In this document: piece after piece, positions 50,919-59,756 of the stretch
Layout: each line of letters opens with the position of its first letter
Numbering within the stretch: the first letter of the stretch is position 1
Assembly (NCBI GenBank): GCA_963838535.1
Contig: CAWIRN010000021.1
Coordinates: forward strand, 379,901-443,900
DNA length: 64,000 bases
Direction of reading: 5' to 3'
Origin: an uncultured Solirubrobacterales bacterium
GTDB taxonomy: Bacteria; Actinomycetota; Thermoleophilia; Solirubrobacterales; Solirubrobacteraceae
Program-made: the position numbers and the translations under genes
Notes under the pieces: generated by a model
Seen by the model: only the letters and a program-made list of their open reading frames with translations
What the model was told of the DNA's origin: nothing
Database searches by the model: none

Positions 50919-51992
50919 CTAATGGACGTTGAAGCCGCTGCCGCTCAGCGTGGTGATGTCGTTGCTCAGCCCGATCACGAACAGCGCGAGGATCAGCACG
51001 AAGCCGACCACTCCGGCACGCTCCATCACCGCGAACGGGATCCGCCGGCCGCGCACCTTCTCGGCGAGCGCCCAGAAGACGTGCCCGCCGTCGAGCGGCA
51101 GGAACGGGAACAGGTTGATCACCGCGAGCGAGAGCGAGATCAGGGCGAGCACCTGGAGCGCGAGCGAGGGGCTCTGCGCGAACGACTTCTGGGTCACCGT
51201 GAAGCCGCCGACGACGCCCGAGAGCTGCTTGCGCTCCTGTGGCTCGAACACTCTCGCCACCGTCGACACGGTCTGCTTGGTGACCGACCACAGCCCGGTG
51301 ACGGCGAGCGATGCAGCGCCCGTGGCGGACGGATATTGCGTCCCTTCGGCGAACTCGAAGCCGAGCAGCGGCCGATGCTCGGCCGCGTTGTAGCGCGGTC
51401 GGACCGAGAACGTGAGCAGCTCACCATTGCGTCGCACGACGATCCGGGCCGGCGTGGCGGCCAGGCAGTTGTTGACCTCCGCTCCCGCGCACCGGTGCGT
51501 CGCGATCTGGTCGCGGATCTGGCCCGCCGAGCCGCTCACTCCGTCGACGGACACGATCCGGTCACCCGCGCGTAGCACGCCCGTCGCGGCGCTCGACTTC
51601 TCGACCCCGGCCACGCGCTTGACCGGCACCGCCGAGCCGTTGGACAGCAGCAGCCCCCAGATGATCGCGAACGCGATGAACAGGTTGACGGCCGGACCGG
51701 CCAAGATGACCACGTTGCGCTTCCAGACCGGCTGGTTGTAGTAGGCGCGCTCAACGAACTCGGGGGGAATCTCCTCGTTCGGGTTCATCCCGGTGATCTT
51801 CACGTAGCCCCCCAGCGGGATCGGGCCGATCCCGTACTCGGTCTCCCCGCGGCGGAACTTCACCAGCATCGGCCCGAAGAACAGCGAGAACCGCTCGACG
51901 CGCATGCCGACCGCCTTGGCGGCGGTGAAGTGGCCGGCCTCGTGCGCGACGATCAGCGCGGCGAAGCCGAGAAATGCGAGTACGTAGGACAC
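50919..51992 (-). CDS. rseP: M50 site-2 intramembrane metalloprotease with PDZ domain
   Basis: HEAGH, PLGGYVKI.GM, AGPAVN, NLFPFLPLDGGH; follows dxr. Confidence 0.92.
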   Translation of the reverse strand: MSYVLAFLGFAALIVAHEAGHFTAAKAVGMRVERFSLFFGPMLVKFRRGETEYGIGPIPLGGYVKITGMNPNEEIPPEFVERAYYNQPVWKRNVVILAGPAVNLFIAFAIIWGLLLSNGSAVPVKRVAGVEKSSAATGVLRAGDRIVSVDGVSGSAGQIRDQIATHRCAGAEVNNCLAATPARIVVRRNGELLTFSVRPRYNAAEHRPLLGFEFAEGTQYPSATGAASLAVTGLWSVTKQTVSTVARVFEPQERKQLSGVVGGFTVTQKSFAQSPSLALQVLALISLSLAVINLFPFLPLDGGHVFWALAEKVRGRRIPFAVMERAGVVGFVLILALFVIGLSNDITTLSGSGFNVH

Positions 51993-52030
51993 CGGGAGTT
52001 CCAGTGTGTCAACTGCGCCTTTCGGCCCGC

Positions 52031-53191
52031 TCAAGCCGCCTTATGCGTTTGCACGAGCTCCGCGGCGACCCGACGCGCCTGGGCGTCCGCCTCGCGCAGC
52101 GAGTCGAACGAGTGCAGTCGCGTGGCCGGCACCCGGGCCAGCGTCTCCTCGATCACGGCCGCAATGTCCAGAAACCGCAAGCGCCCGCCCAGAAACGCGT
52201 GCACGGCCACCTCGTTGGCGGCGTTCAGCGTGCACGGGCTGGTCCCGCCGGCGCGGGCGGCCTGGCGCGCCAGGCCCAGGCAGGCAAAGGTCTGCTCATC
52301 CACCGGCTCGAAGGTCAACGAGCCCACGGCGACGAGATCGAGCGGCTTCACCGGCACGTCCACGCGGTCGGGGTAGTGCAGGGCGTAGGAGATCGGCACG
52401 CGCATGTCCGGATAGCCGAGGTGCGCGAGCGTCGCGCCGTCGCACAGCTGGATCAGGCTGTGCACGATCGACTGGGGATGCACCACGACGTCGATCTGCT
52501 CGTACGGCGTGCCGAACAGATGGTGCGCCTCGATCAGCTCGAGCCCCTTGTTCATCAGCGTCGCCGAGTCGATGGTGATCTTTCCGCCCATCTCCCACGT
52601 CGGGTGAGCCAGCGCCTGCTGGACCGTGGCGTCCTGGAGCTCGGCGGCGCGGCGGCCCCGGAACGGCCCCCCGGAAGCGGTCAGGATCAGGCGATCGACG
52701 GTGCCCGGGCGCTCGGTGGCGAGCAGCTGGTGAATCGCGGAGTGCTCGGAGTCGACCGGGATGATCGCCGCCCCGGTCGCCTCCGCGAGCTGGGTGACGA
52801 GCTCGCCGCCCACCACCAGCGACTCCTTGTTGGCGAGCGCGAGGTCGATCCCCTCCCCCAGCGCCGCGACAGTCGGGACGAGTCCCGCGGAGCCAACGAT
52901 CGCGTTGAGGACCAGATCGCAATCGGATTCGGTGATCAATCGCGCGAGCCCATCGGGGCCCCCGAGCACGGTTCCCTCGGTCCACGCCTCGCTGGCTCTG
53001 GCCGCGGCGTGCGAGTCGGCCAGCGCGATCCGCCTCACCCCGTGCTCCCGCGCCTGGGCGAGCAGCGACTCCCAGGCATCGCCGGCGCTCAGCGCCACCA
53101 CCTGCAGCTCGTCGCGGCGGCGGGAGACGAGATCGAGCGCCTGAACCCCGATCGAGCCGGTCGAACCGAGGATGACCAGGCGGCGAGGCAC
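52031..53191 (-). CDS. dxr: 1-deoxy-D-xylulose-5-phosphate reductoisomerase
   Basis: LGSTGSIG, LANKESLV, PVDSEH, TASGGPF, HPTWEMG.KITIDSAT, NAANEVAV. Confidence 0.97.
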   Translation of the reverse strand: MPRRLVILGSTGSIGVQALDLVSRRRDELQVVALSAGDAWESLLAQAREHGVRRIALADSHAAARASEAWTEGTVLGGPDGLARLITESDCDLVLNAIVGSAGLVPTVAALGEGIDLALANKESLVVGGELVTQLAEATGAAIIPVDSEHSAIHQLLATERPGTVDRLILTASGGPFRGRRAAELQDATVQQALAHPTWEMGGKITIDSATLMNKGLELIEAHHLFGTPYEQIDVVVHPQSIVHSLIQLCDGATLAHLGYPDMRVPISYALHYPDRVDVPVKPLDLVAVGSLTFEPVDEQTFACLGLARQAARAGGTSPCTLNAANEVAVHAFLGGRLRFLDIAAVIEETLARVPATRLHSFDSLREADAQARRVAAELVQTHKAA

Positions 53192-53707
53192 GGGCCGATT
53201 GTATGTGGCTCTCCTGACCCGGTCTATCTGTGGGTCCGGTGAGGGTTCGTGGCTGGGGAGCGGGGTAGCGCGGTCGATCGTCGGCGGTTGCCTGCGCTGG
53301 GATGTGGTGATGCTGGAGGTGGGCTCGTCGGTGGGGGCGGGCTCCTCGGTGGGGGTGGAGCGGGGTGGGGCTCGCGCGGGTGTGGGTGCGAGCAGGCGGG
53401 CGGGGCCGGGCGGGGCCGGGGCGCGTGAGCGAACAAAAATCGTCTCACGCCTCGTGAGTTCGGGGGGTGGGGATGATGTGGCCCGCCCAGCGGGCTCTGA
53501 CGCACGAACCCCCCGTCAACCAGCGAGTTAAGCGAGATTTGTCCCACTCCCGCGGTGCAAGGGCGTGCCGTCATGCTCGGCGGGCGGGCGGGCGGCCGGT
53601 CGGCCGGTCGGTTGGTGGGATCGGTCGGTCCGCTGCGCGAGGCTCCTGCGCGAGGCTCCCGACACGATGACTGGCCCCGTGAAAGTCATATTTCTGACTC
53701 ATTTACC

Positions 53708-53822
53708 TGGGTAACAGCCCAATCGAGGCCTCGGAAAACTCGTTTGGGCTGTTCAACGGCTGGTGGCTGGGGAACGACCCGATCGCCGAAAACGACGCCT
53801 CCATTGGGGCGTTTCCCACCTT
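53708..53822. repeat. Palindromic intergenic repeat, copy 1
   Basis: 53732-53822 aligns ungapped to 59414-59504 (71/91 by hand count); built from two inverted GGG(A/T)AAC..CCC...GGG..GTT(T)C units. Confidence 0.8.
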
Positions 53823-53973
53823 CGTGTTTCCCGATCCCGTGACATTGTCGGGGCCCGTCACCATCCTTGGTCGGCGAAGCTCGCCCCGGCCCGGATCAGG
53901 ACACACTCGATGAATAGGCGTCAGTCGATTCCGCCGCCAGCGATTCCCCCGCCCGGATCACGACCCCACCCCG

Positions 53974-54025
53974 GAGAATCGGCGCCAGCCGATTCTCAAA
54001 GGGAATCGGCGCCAGCCGATTTCCC
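53974..54025. repeat. Tandem duplicated hairpin after the cdsA stop (possible terminator)
   Basis: GAGAATCGGC-GCCA-GCCGATTCTC and GGGAATCGGC-GCCA-GCCGATTTCCC, 27-bp period. Confidence 0.75.
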
Positions 54026-54027
54026 CA

Positions 54028-54939
54028 CTAACTCATCAGCGAAACCCAGATGTAGTAGCCGGCGACCACAGTGAAGATCACGGCGTCGAGGCGATCGAGC
54101 GCCCCTCCGTGGGCCCCGAGCAGCCGGCCCGAGTCCTTGGCCCCCGCGTCGCGCTTGACGACCGATTCGAACAGGTCGCCGAGGGGCCCGAGCACGGCGA
54201 CGGCAACGCCGAGCAGGAGCGCGTCGCCCTGGGTCAGCCACGGCTGATAGAGCCCGGCGACGAACACCGACAGCACCGCTATCAACATCCCGCAGTACAG
54301 GCCCTCGACCGTCTTGTGCGGCGATATCGAAGGCGCCAGCGGACGACGGCCGAACAGACGGCCGCCCAGGTACGCCGCGCTGTCGGCGAGGAACGTCCCG
54401 ACCAGAATGTCGATCAGGACGCCGTTGCCGTGTGGCAGCTGTCGCAGCAGCTCGGCGTGGGCAAACGCGAGCCCGATCCAGTAGACCCCGAGCAGCGTTC
54501 CGGCGACCGACACCGTGATCCCTCCGCTGGCCCGCGCGAGTAGGGCCACGAACACCACCGGCAACGTGGCCATGGCCACCTCGAGCACGTCTCGCGCGTT
54601 GCCGTAACGCGCCGCGAGCACCATCACGACCAGTGACGCGAACCCGACCAGCGAAGCCGGACGCCAGCGCGCCAGCATCCCATAGAGCTCGTGTAGACAT
54701 AGCAGCCCGGCCACGATCATCAACAGGGCGAATGCCAGCCCCCCGAGGTCGATGAAGACGATCGCGACGATCGCCGCGGGCACCGCGATCAGGACGCGCG
54801 CCAGCAGATCGGAACGCCGCCCCGGAGCCTTGCCGGGGGCGCGCGGCCGCGGCGCGTCGCGACCGGCAGGGCGCCGTCTCGACGAATCGGCCCGCCGCCG
54901 CGCCGGCCGCCCGGCCGGTGGCCGGCGAGCAGACGGCAT
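54028..54939 (-). CDS. cdsA: Phosphatidate cytidylyltransferase
   Basis: DSAAYL.G..FG...LAPSISP.KT.EG, GDLFES..KR...KDSG....HGG.LDR.D. Confidence 0.95.
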   Translation of the reverse strand: MPSARRPPAGRPARRRADSSRRRPAGRDAPRPRAPGKAPGRRSDLLARVLIAVPAAIVAIVFIDLGGLAFALLMIVAGLLCLHELYGMLARWRPASLVGFASLVVMVLAARYGNARDVLEVAMATLPVVFVALLARASGGITVSVAGTLLGVYWIGLAFAHAELLRQLPHGNGVLIDILVGTFLADSAAYLGGRLFGRRPLAPSISPHKTVEGLYCGMLIAVLSVFVAGLYQPWLTQGDALLLGVAVAVLGPLGDLFESVVKRDAGAKDSGRLLGAHGGALDRLDAVIFTVVAGYYIWVSLMS

Positions 54940-55703
54940 CAACGGCCCCCGAAGCGTCGCCGGCGAGCGGCGAATTCGCTCAGAGTCTGCTCGAACGCCT
55001 CACGCGAGAAATCCGGCCACAACTCGTCGCGAAACGCCAGTTCGGCGTAGGCGCCTTGCCACAGCAGATAGTTCGAGATGCGCTGCTCACCACTGGTGCG
55101 GATCAGGAGATCGGGGTCGTGCATGTCGGGCGCGTAGAGATGGTCGCGGAATTCCGCTTCGGTCGTCCCGGTAAAGGTTCGCGCTGCATCGACAATCTCC
55201 GCCCGGCCTCCGTAGTTGAAAGCGACGAACAGGGTGATCCGCGTGTTGTGTTTGGTCACCTCCTCCGCCCACGCCATGCGCTGCACCAGCCCGGGGGGGA
55301 CGGGATCGCTGCGACGCCCGATGAATCGCATGCGTACGCCCTGGGCGTGCAGTTCGGGCGTCTCGCGCTCGATCCGCCGGCCGAACATCTCCATCAGCGC
55401 CGCGACCTCGTCCTCCGCACGGGCCCAATTCTCGGTCGAGAACGAATACACCGTGAGCTCCTCGATTCCCAGGTCCACCGCGTCGCGCAGGCGTGCCTTG
55501 ACCGTGTCGGCACCGGCCTCGTGACCCGCCACGACCGGCAGGCCCCGCCGCTTCGCCCAGCGCCCGTTTCCGTCGGTGATGATCGCGACATAGCGGGCTC
55601 GGCCCGCGACGCCCGCATCAGCGCCCGAGTCGCCTTCGGCAGCCCTCTCGGCCTCCCCCCTCCGCGCTTGGTTGGCGGAGAGACCGCTCCAGGGGTCGGC
55701 CAC
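54939..55703 (-). CDS. uppS: Polyprenyl diphosphate synthase
   Basis: AIITDGNGRWA, YSFSTENW.R, NYGGRAE, DLLIRTSGEQRISNYLLWQ. Confidence 0.96.
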   Translation of the reverse strand: MADPWSGLSANQARRGEAERAAEGDSGADAGVAGRARYVAIITDGNGRWAKRRGLPVVAGHEAGADTVKARLRDAVDLGIEELTVYSFSTENWARAEDEVAALMEMFGRRIERETPELHAQGVRMRFIGRRSDPVPPGLVQRMAWAEEVTKHNTRITLFVAFNYGGRAEIVDAARTFTGTTEAEFRDHLYAPDMHDPDLLIRTSGEQRISNYLLWQGAYAELAFRDELWPDFSREAFEQTLSEFAARRRRFGGR

Positions 55704-55704
55704 G

Positions 55705-56280
55705 TTACACCTCTAAAATCTCTTCTTCCTTGTGCTTTAGCAGCTCGTCGAGCTCGCTGATCCGCGCATCGGTGACCTTCTGGAGATCGACCTCGGCGCG
55801 GTGCTCGTCGTCTGACCCGGTGTCACCGGCCTCCTTCAGCTCGCGGAGATCGTGCATCACGTCGCGGCGGATGTTGCGGATCGCGATCCGTCCCTCCTCG
55901 GCGATGTGGCGAACGACCTTGACCAACTGGCGGCGACGCTCCTCGGTCAGCTCCGGGACGCTGAGGCGGATCAGATTCCCGTCGTTGGAGGGCGTCAGGC
56001 CGATATCGGACTCCAGGATCGCCCGCTCGATCGCCTTGATCGAGGTCTTGTCGTACGGCTGGATGGTCAGCAACCGCGCTTCGGGGGCGGAGATCGTCGC
56101 CAACTGCTTGAGCGGCGTGAGGGCACCGTAGTAATCGACCGAGATCCGGTCGAGCAGAGCCGGGCTCGCCCGGCCGGTCCGCACCGAGCCGAACTCGTGA
56201 CGGGTCGCCTCCACAGACTTGGTCATTCGCTCGCGCGCATCGCCGAGCAGTTCATCGATGATGTCATCAGCAGCGGTCAT
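55705..56280 (-). CDS. frr: Ribosome recycling factor
   Basis: [35 protein letters not shown]. Confidence 0.97.
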   Translation of the reverse strand: MTAADDIIDELLGDARERMTKSVEATRHEFGSVRTGRASPALLDRISVDYYGALTPLKQLATISAPEARLLTIQPYDKTSIKAIERAILESDIGLTPSNDGNLIRLSVPELTEERRRQLVKVVRHIAEEGRIAIRNIRRDVMHDLRELKEAGDTGSDDEHRAEVDLQKVTDARISELDELLKHKEEEILEV

Positions 56281-57011
56281 GTCCTCACCAGCGTGCCCAC
56301 GCGTTGCCCGGACACTATCTTGTCGATGTTGCGCTCGTCGGCCATGTTGAACACGACGATCGGCAGATTGTTGTCCATGCACAGAGCGAACGCCGTGGAG
56401 TCCATCACCTGGAGGCCCCGAGTCAGCGCGTCCTTGTGCGTGATCTCTGGAATGAAGGTGGCGTCGGCGTCCAGGGCCGGATCGGCGGTGAAGACGCCCT
56501 CGACCGCGTTCTTGGCCATCAGGATGATCTCGGCGTGAATCTCGGCCGCCCGTAGCGCCGCGGCCGTGTCGGTGGTGAAGAACGGGTTGCCGGTGCCGGC
56601 GGCGAAGATCACGATTCGACCCTTTTCGAGGTGCCTGACCGCGCGGCGGCGAATGTAGGGCTCCGCGACTTCGGAGATCGTGATCGCCGACTGGACCCGG
56701 GTGGCGACCTGCTCCTTCTCCAGCCCGTCCTGGAGCGCGAGCGCATTCAGCACCGTCGCGAGCATGCCCATGTAATCCCCGGTTGCCCGGTCCATGCCCC
56801 GCGCCGCCGCCTCGAGACCGCGGTAGATGTTGCCGCCTCCGACGACGATCGCCACCTCCACCCCACGCCGATGCACCCTCGCGATCTCCTGCGAAATCGT
56901 CTGGACTCGCTCGGGGTCGGTGCCGTACTCGAGCTCACCCATCAGGGCCTCGCCCGAGAGCTTCAGCAGCACGCGCCCGTAGGCGGCCGGAGTCGGAGCG
57001 TCGGCGGCCAC
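56277..57011 (-). CDS. pyrH: UMP kinase
   Basis: [42 protein letters not shown]. Confidence 0.97.
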   Translation of the reverse strand: MAADAPTPAAYGRVLLKLSGEALMGELEYGTDPERVQTISQEIARVHRRGVEVAIVVGGGNIYRGLEAAARGMDRATGDYMGMLATVLNALALQDGLEKEQVATRVQSAITISEVAEPYIRRRAVRHLEKGRIVIFAAGTGNPFFTTDTAAALRAAEIHAEIILMAKNAVEGVFTADPALDADATFIPEITHKDALTRGLQVMDSTAFALCMDNNLPIVVFNMADERNIDKIVSGQRVGTLVRT

Positions 57012-57014
57012 GGC

Positions 57015-57614
57015 TCAGCCGCCGACGGCAAAGCGAGCGAACCGCCGGATGACGATGTTCTCTCGCGTCTCAGCCGACAGCGCGGCGCGCAGCTCCTCGA
57101 TTGTCTGTCCGCCGTGCTTGTCCTCGTTGGCGTGTTTCTGGCGCAGCAGCACCACCTCGTCGAGCCACTTGTCGACCTTCCCGGTCACGATCCGCTCGCG
57201 CACGTTCTCGGGTCGGTCAGCCGCCTGCTCGACGGCGATCCGCTCTTCGCGGGCTCGTTCCTCGGCCGGAACTTCATCCTCGGTGATCGCGATCGGCGCC
57301 GCCGCCGCGATGTGCAGCGCCAGGTCCCGCGCGAACTCGACGAACTTCTCGTTCCGCGCGACGAAGTCCGTCTGGCAGTTGACCTCGACCAGCACACCGA
57401 TCCGGTTTCCCGCGTGGATGTAGCTCTGCACGACCCCCTCCCGGGCCTCTTCGCCGGCTCGCTTGGCGGCCTGCGCCTCGCCACGGGCCCGCAGCAGTTC
57501 CACCGCCTGCTCGAGATCGCCACCGGCCTCGGTCAGCGCGTCGCGGCAGGCCAGCACCCCCGCGCCCGTACGGTCACGGAGCGCTTTAACGTCCTTCGCC
57601 GCAATCGCGCTCAT
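57015..57614 (-). CDS. tsf: Elongation factor Ts (short form)
   Basis: VKALRDRTGAG...C..AL, EVNCQTDFVA, ENIVIRRFARF. Confidence 0.95.
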   Translation of the reverse strand: MSAIAAKDVKALRDRTGAGVLACRDALTEAGGDLEQAVELLRARGEAQAAKRAGEEAREGVVQSYIHAGNRIGVLVEVNCQTDFVARNEKFVEFARDLALHIAAAAPIAITEDEVPAEERAREERIAVEQAADRPENVRERIVTGKVDKWLDEVVLLRQKHANEDKHGGQTIEELRAALSAETRENIVIRRFARFAVGG

Positions 57615-59185
57615 GCGCTCTCTCCAGCGGGAGCGTCAGCCACCGGTACTGCCTGTCCCTCGGGCTCGGCCGACGCCTCCACGGTGGCCTGCGCCTCCGG
57701 TGGTGTCGCAGCCTCTGCCGGTTCGTCAGCGTCTGCCGGCTCGGCCGGCGTCTCCACGGTCGCCTGCGCCTCCGGTGGTGACGCAGCCTCTGCCGGTTCG
57801 TCAGCGACTGCCGGCTCGGCCGGCGTCTCCACGGTGGCCTGTGCCTCCGGGGGTGACGCAGCCTCTGGCGGCTCGTCAGAGGCCGTCGGCTCGGGCGGAG
57901 CGGGAGCCTCGGCCTCAGGGGCCGCCTCAACGGCAGCAGGGGCCGGGGCCTCAGGGGCCGCCTCAACGGCAGCAGGGGCCCGGGCCTCAGGGGCCGCCTC
58001 AGCGGCAGCGGGCGGCGGGGCCTCAGGGGCCGCGTCAACGGCAGCAGGCGCCGGGGCCACAGGAGCCGCCTCAACGGCAGCAGGCGGCGGGGCCACAGGA
58101 GCCGCCTCAGCGGCAGCAGGCGGCGGGGCCTCAGGGGCCGCGTCAACGGCAGCAGGCGCCGGGGCCACAGGAGCCGCCTCAACGGCAGCAGGCGCCGGGG
58201 CCACAGGAACTGTCTCGGCTGCGGGAGCCGCAGCCGCGGCCTGGGGTGGCGCCGCGGGGGCCGGCGGTGCTGCTGCCGCCGCAGGCGCGGACGGTGCCGC
58301 AGCGGGGGGCGCCGCGGCAGCAGCGGCCTCGTCGGCTTGACGCTGTGCCTCCGCCTCAGCCTCGCGGAGCGCCTGTTCCTCGGCCTCGCGGCGGGCTTGC
58401 TCCTCGGCCTCACGGCGAGCCAGTTCCTCGGCCTCGCGGCGGGCCCGCTCCTCGGCTTCCTGGCGCTCGCGCTCGAGCCGAGCTGCCTCCTCCTCGGCGC
58501 GGAACATGCCGTGCCCTTGGGCCACCACGTCGCCGATTGCCCTGGTGATCGCGGCGCACGACCGAATCGCGTCGTCATTGCCGGGTATGACGAAGTCGAT
58601 CCCCTCCGGATCGCAGTTCGTGTCCACCAGGCCGATGATCGGGATCCTCAGGCGCTGGGCCTCGCGAATCGCGATCGCCTCGGTCTTGATGTCGATCACG
58701 AACACCGCGTCCGGAACCCGCGGCATGTTCTTGACGCCGCCGAGATTGGCGCGCAGCTTCGCCAGGTCGGCCTGTGCGGCCATCCGCTCACGGGTCGGGA
58801 GCAGCTGTAGCTGCCCCTCCGTCTCGTAGCGCTCCAGGTCGTGCAGGCGCCTGATGCGCTGCGAAATCGTCTGGAAGTTGGTCAGCAGCCCGCCCAGCCA
58901 GCGATGATTGACGTAGGGCATGTCGGCCGCCTCGGCGGTGTCCTTGACCGCGTCGCGAGCCTGCTTCTTGGTGCCTACGAACAGCACCGTGCCGCCTCGC
59001 CGGGCGAGATCCGCCGCGAACTGGCTGGCGTTCTCCAGCAGCGCTTCCGTCTGCAGCAGGTCAATGATGTAGATGCCGTCCCGCTCGCCGAAAATGAAGC
59101 GGCGCATCTTGGGGTTCCAGCGGCGTGTCTGGTGGCCGAAGTGGACGCCGGCCTCCAGCAGCTCCTTGATTCCGATTCGAGCCAC
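57611..59185 (-). CDS. rpsB: 30S ribosomal protein S2 with long repetitive C-terminal extension
   Basis: LLEAGVHFGHQTRRWNPKM, VGTKKQA, RWLGGLLTN, VDTNCDP, IPGNDDAIRS; GTG at 59185 with purine-rich RBS. Confidence 0.96.
   Translation of the reverse strand: MARIGIKELLEAGVHFGHQTRRWNPKMRRFIFGERDGIYIIDLLQTEALLENASQFAADLARRGGTVLFVGTKKQARDAVKDTAEAADMPYVNHRWLGGLLTNFQTISQRIRRLHDLERYETEGQLQLLPTRERMAAQADLAKLRANLGGVKNMPRVPDAVFVIDIKTEAIAIREAQRLRIPIIGLVDTNCDPEGIDFVIPGNDDAIRSCAAITRAIGDVVAQGHGMFRAEEEAARLERERQEAEERARREAEELARREAEEQARREAEEQALREAEAEAQRQADEAAAAAAPPAAAPSAPAAAAAPPAPAAPPQAAAAAPAAETVPVAPAPAAVEAAPVAPAPAAVDAAPEAPPPAAAEAAPVAPPPAAVEAAPVAPAPAAVDAAPEAPPPAAAEAAPEARAPAAVEAAPEAPAPAAVEAAPEAEAPAPPEPTASDEPPEAASPPEAQATVETPAEPAVADEPAEAASPPEAQATVETPAEPADADEPAEAATPPEAQATVEASAEPEGQAVPVADAPAGESA
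57665..58207 (-). repeat. Coding tandem repeats in the S2 tail: 8 x 36 bp and 3 x 75 bp
   Basis: P(V/E)APAPAAVEAA-type 12-mers (57920-58207); PxxxDEPxEAAxPPEAQATVExxAE 25-mers (57665-57889). Confidence 0.9.
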
Positions 59186-59315
59186 GTTCCTGCTTCCTTT
59201 GTCTGTGATTGAGCAACATCCCAACCGCTGGAGTTCGCGAACCCCGACAAGCCGGGGCAGGACGCGATCCACGCGACTGGGGATAGAGGGAAAAACTGTT
59301 GTCGGACCAGTCTAC
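59186..59315 (-). promoter_or_regulatory. rpsB promoter and ~115-nt 5' leader (possible S2 autoregulatory leader)
   Basis: TAGACT -10 near 59310-59315; leader has pairing blocks (ATCCC..GGGAT, CCCCG..CGGGG). Position matches the t44/rpsB leader; not verified with a covariance model. Confidence 0.45.
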
Positions 59316-59387
59316 GCCAGTGCTCGCGGCACTCGCGCGTCCGATCGCGCCGGGCACGAACCTCGATGTCTCCCCATCCTCCCGCAT

Positions 59388-59504
59388 GACCTCGGAACAA
59401 CCATCGGAGCTCACGGAAAACACGATCGGGCTGTTCCCCAGCCAGTGGCTGGGGAACAGCCCAGCCGACGAAATCGACGCCTCGGTAGGGACGTTTCCCA
59501 GCTT
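59388..59504. repeat. Palindromic intergenic repeat, copy 2
   Basis: Perfect 17-bp arms GGGCTGTTCCCCAGCCA-G-TGGCTGGGGAACAGCCC (59428-59462); homologous to the 53.7 kb copy. Confidence 0.8.
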
Positions 59505-59756
59505 GACCTCAGGGGGTCAGCGCACCACGCATCTCGTGTGCCGGTTTGGTTGCTCGATGGTCATGTTGATGTGTATGAGCCTCTTCTGGATCTCGGGTTG
59601 GAGAGGCCGGCCCGGGCGGTCAGGGCCGTGTGACGCGGCGTGGGCGGCCTTAGCCGGGGCGCTCGCGGGTCAGGTATTTCGATCCTGTGACGTTTCTCAG
59701 TAGGTAACCCCGCGGATAGCGCTCGGCGAGCGCGCCGAGGCGCACCGGCCTCGCGG

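Noticed and set aside
53224-53574. 116-aa Pro-rich ORF in the cdsA-dxr gap
   Set aside because: Low-complexity translation of a C-rich strand; no RBS, motif or plausible codon usage.
57665-58500. Regular 36-bp repeats as a CRISPR array
   Set aside because: The units are contiguous with no unique spacers, are in frame within rpsB, and there are no cas genes.
59686-59701. TGTGACGTTTCTCAGT as a second CRP site
   Set aside because: The right half-site is degenerate and it lies far from the rpsB -10.
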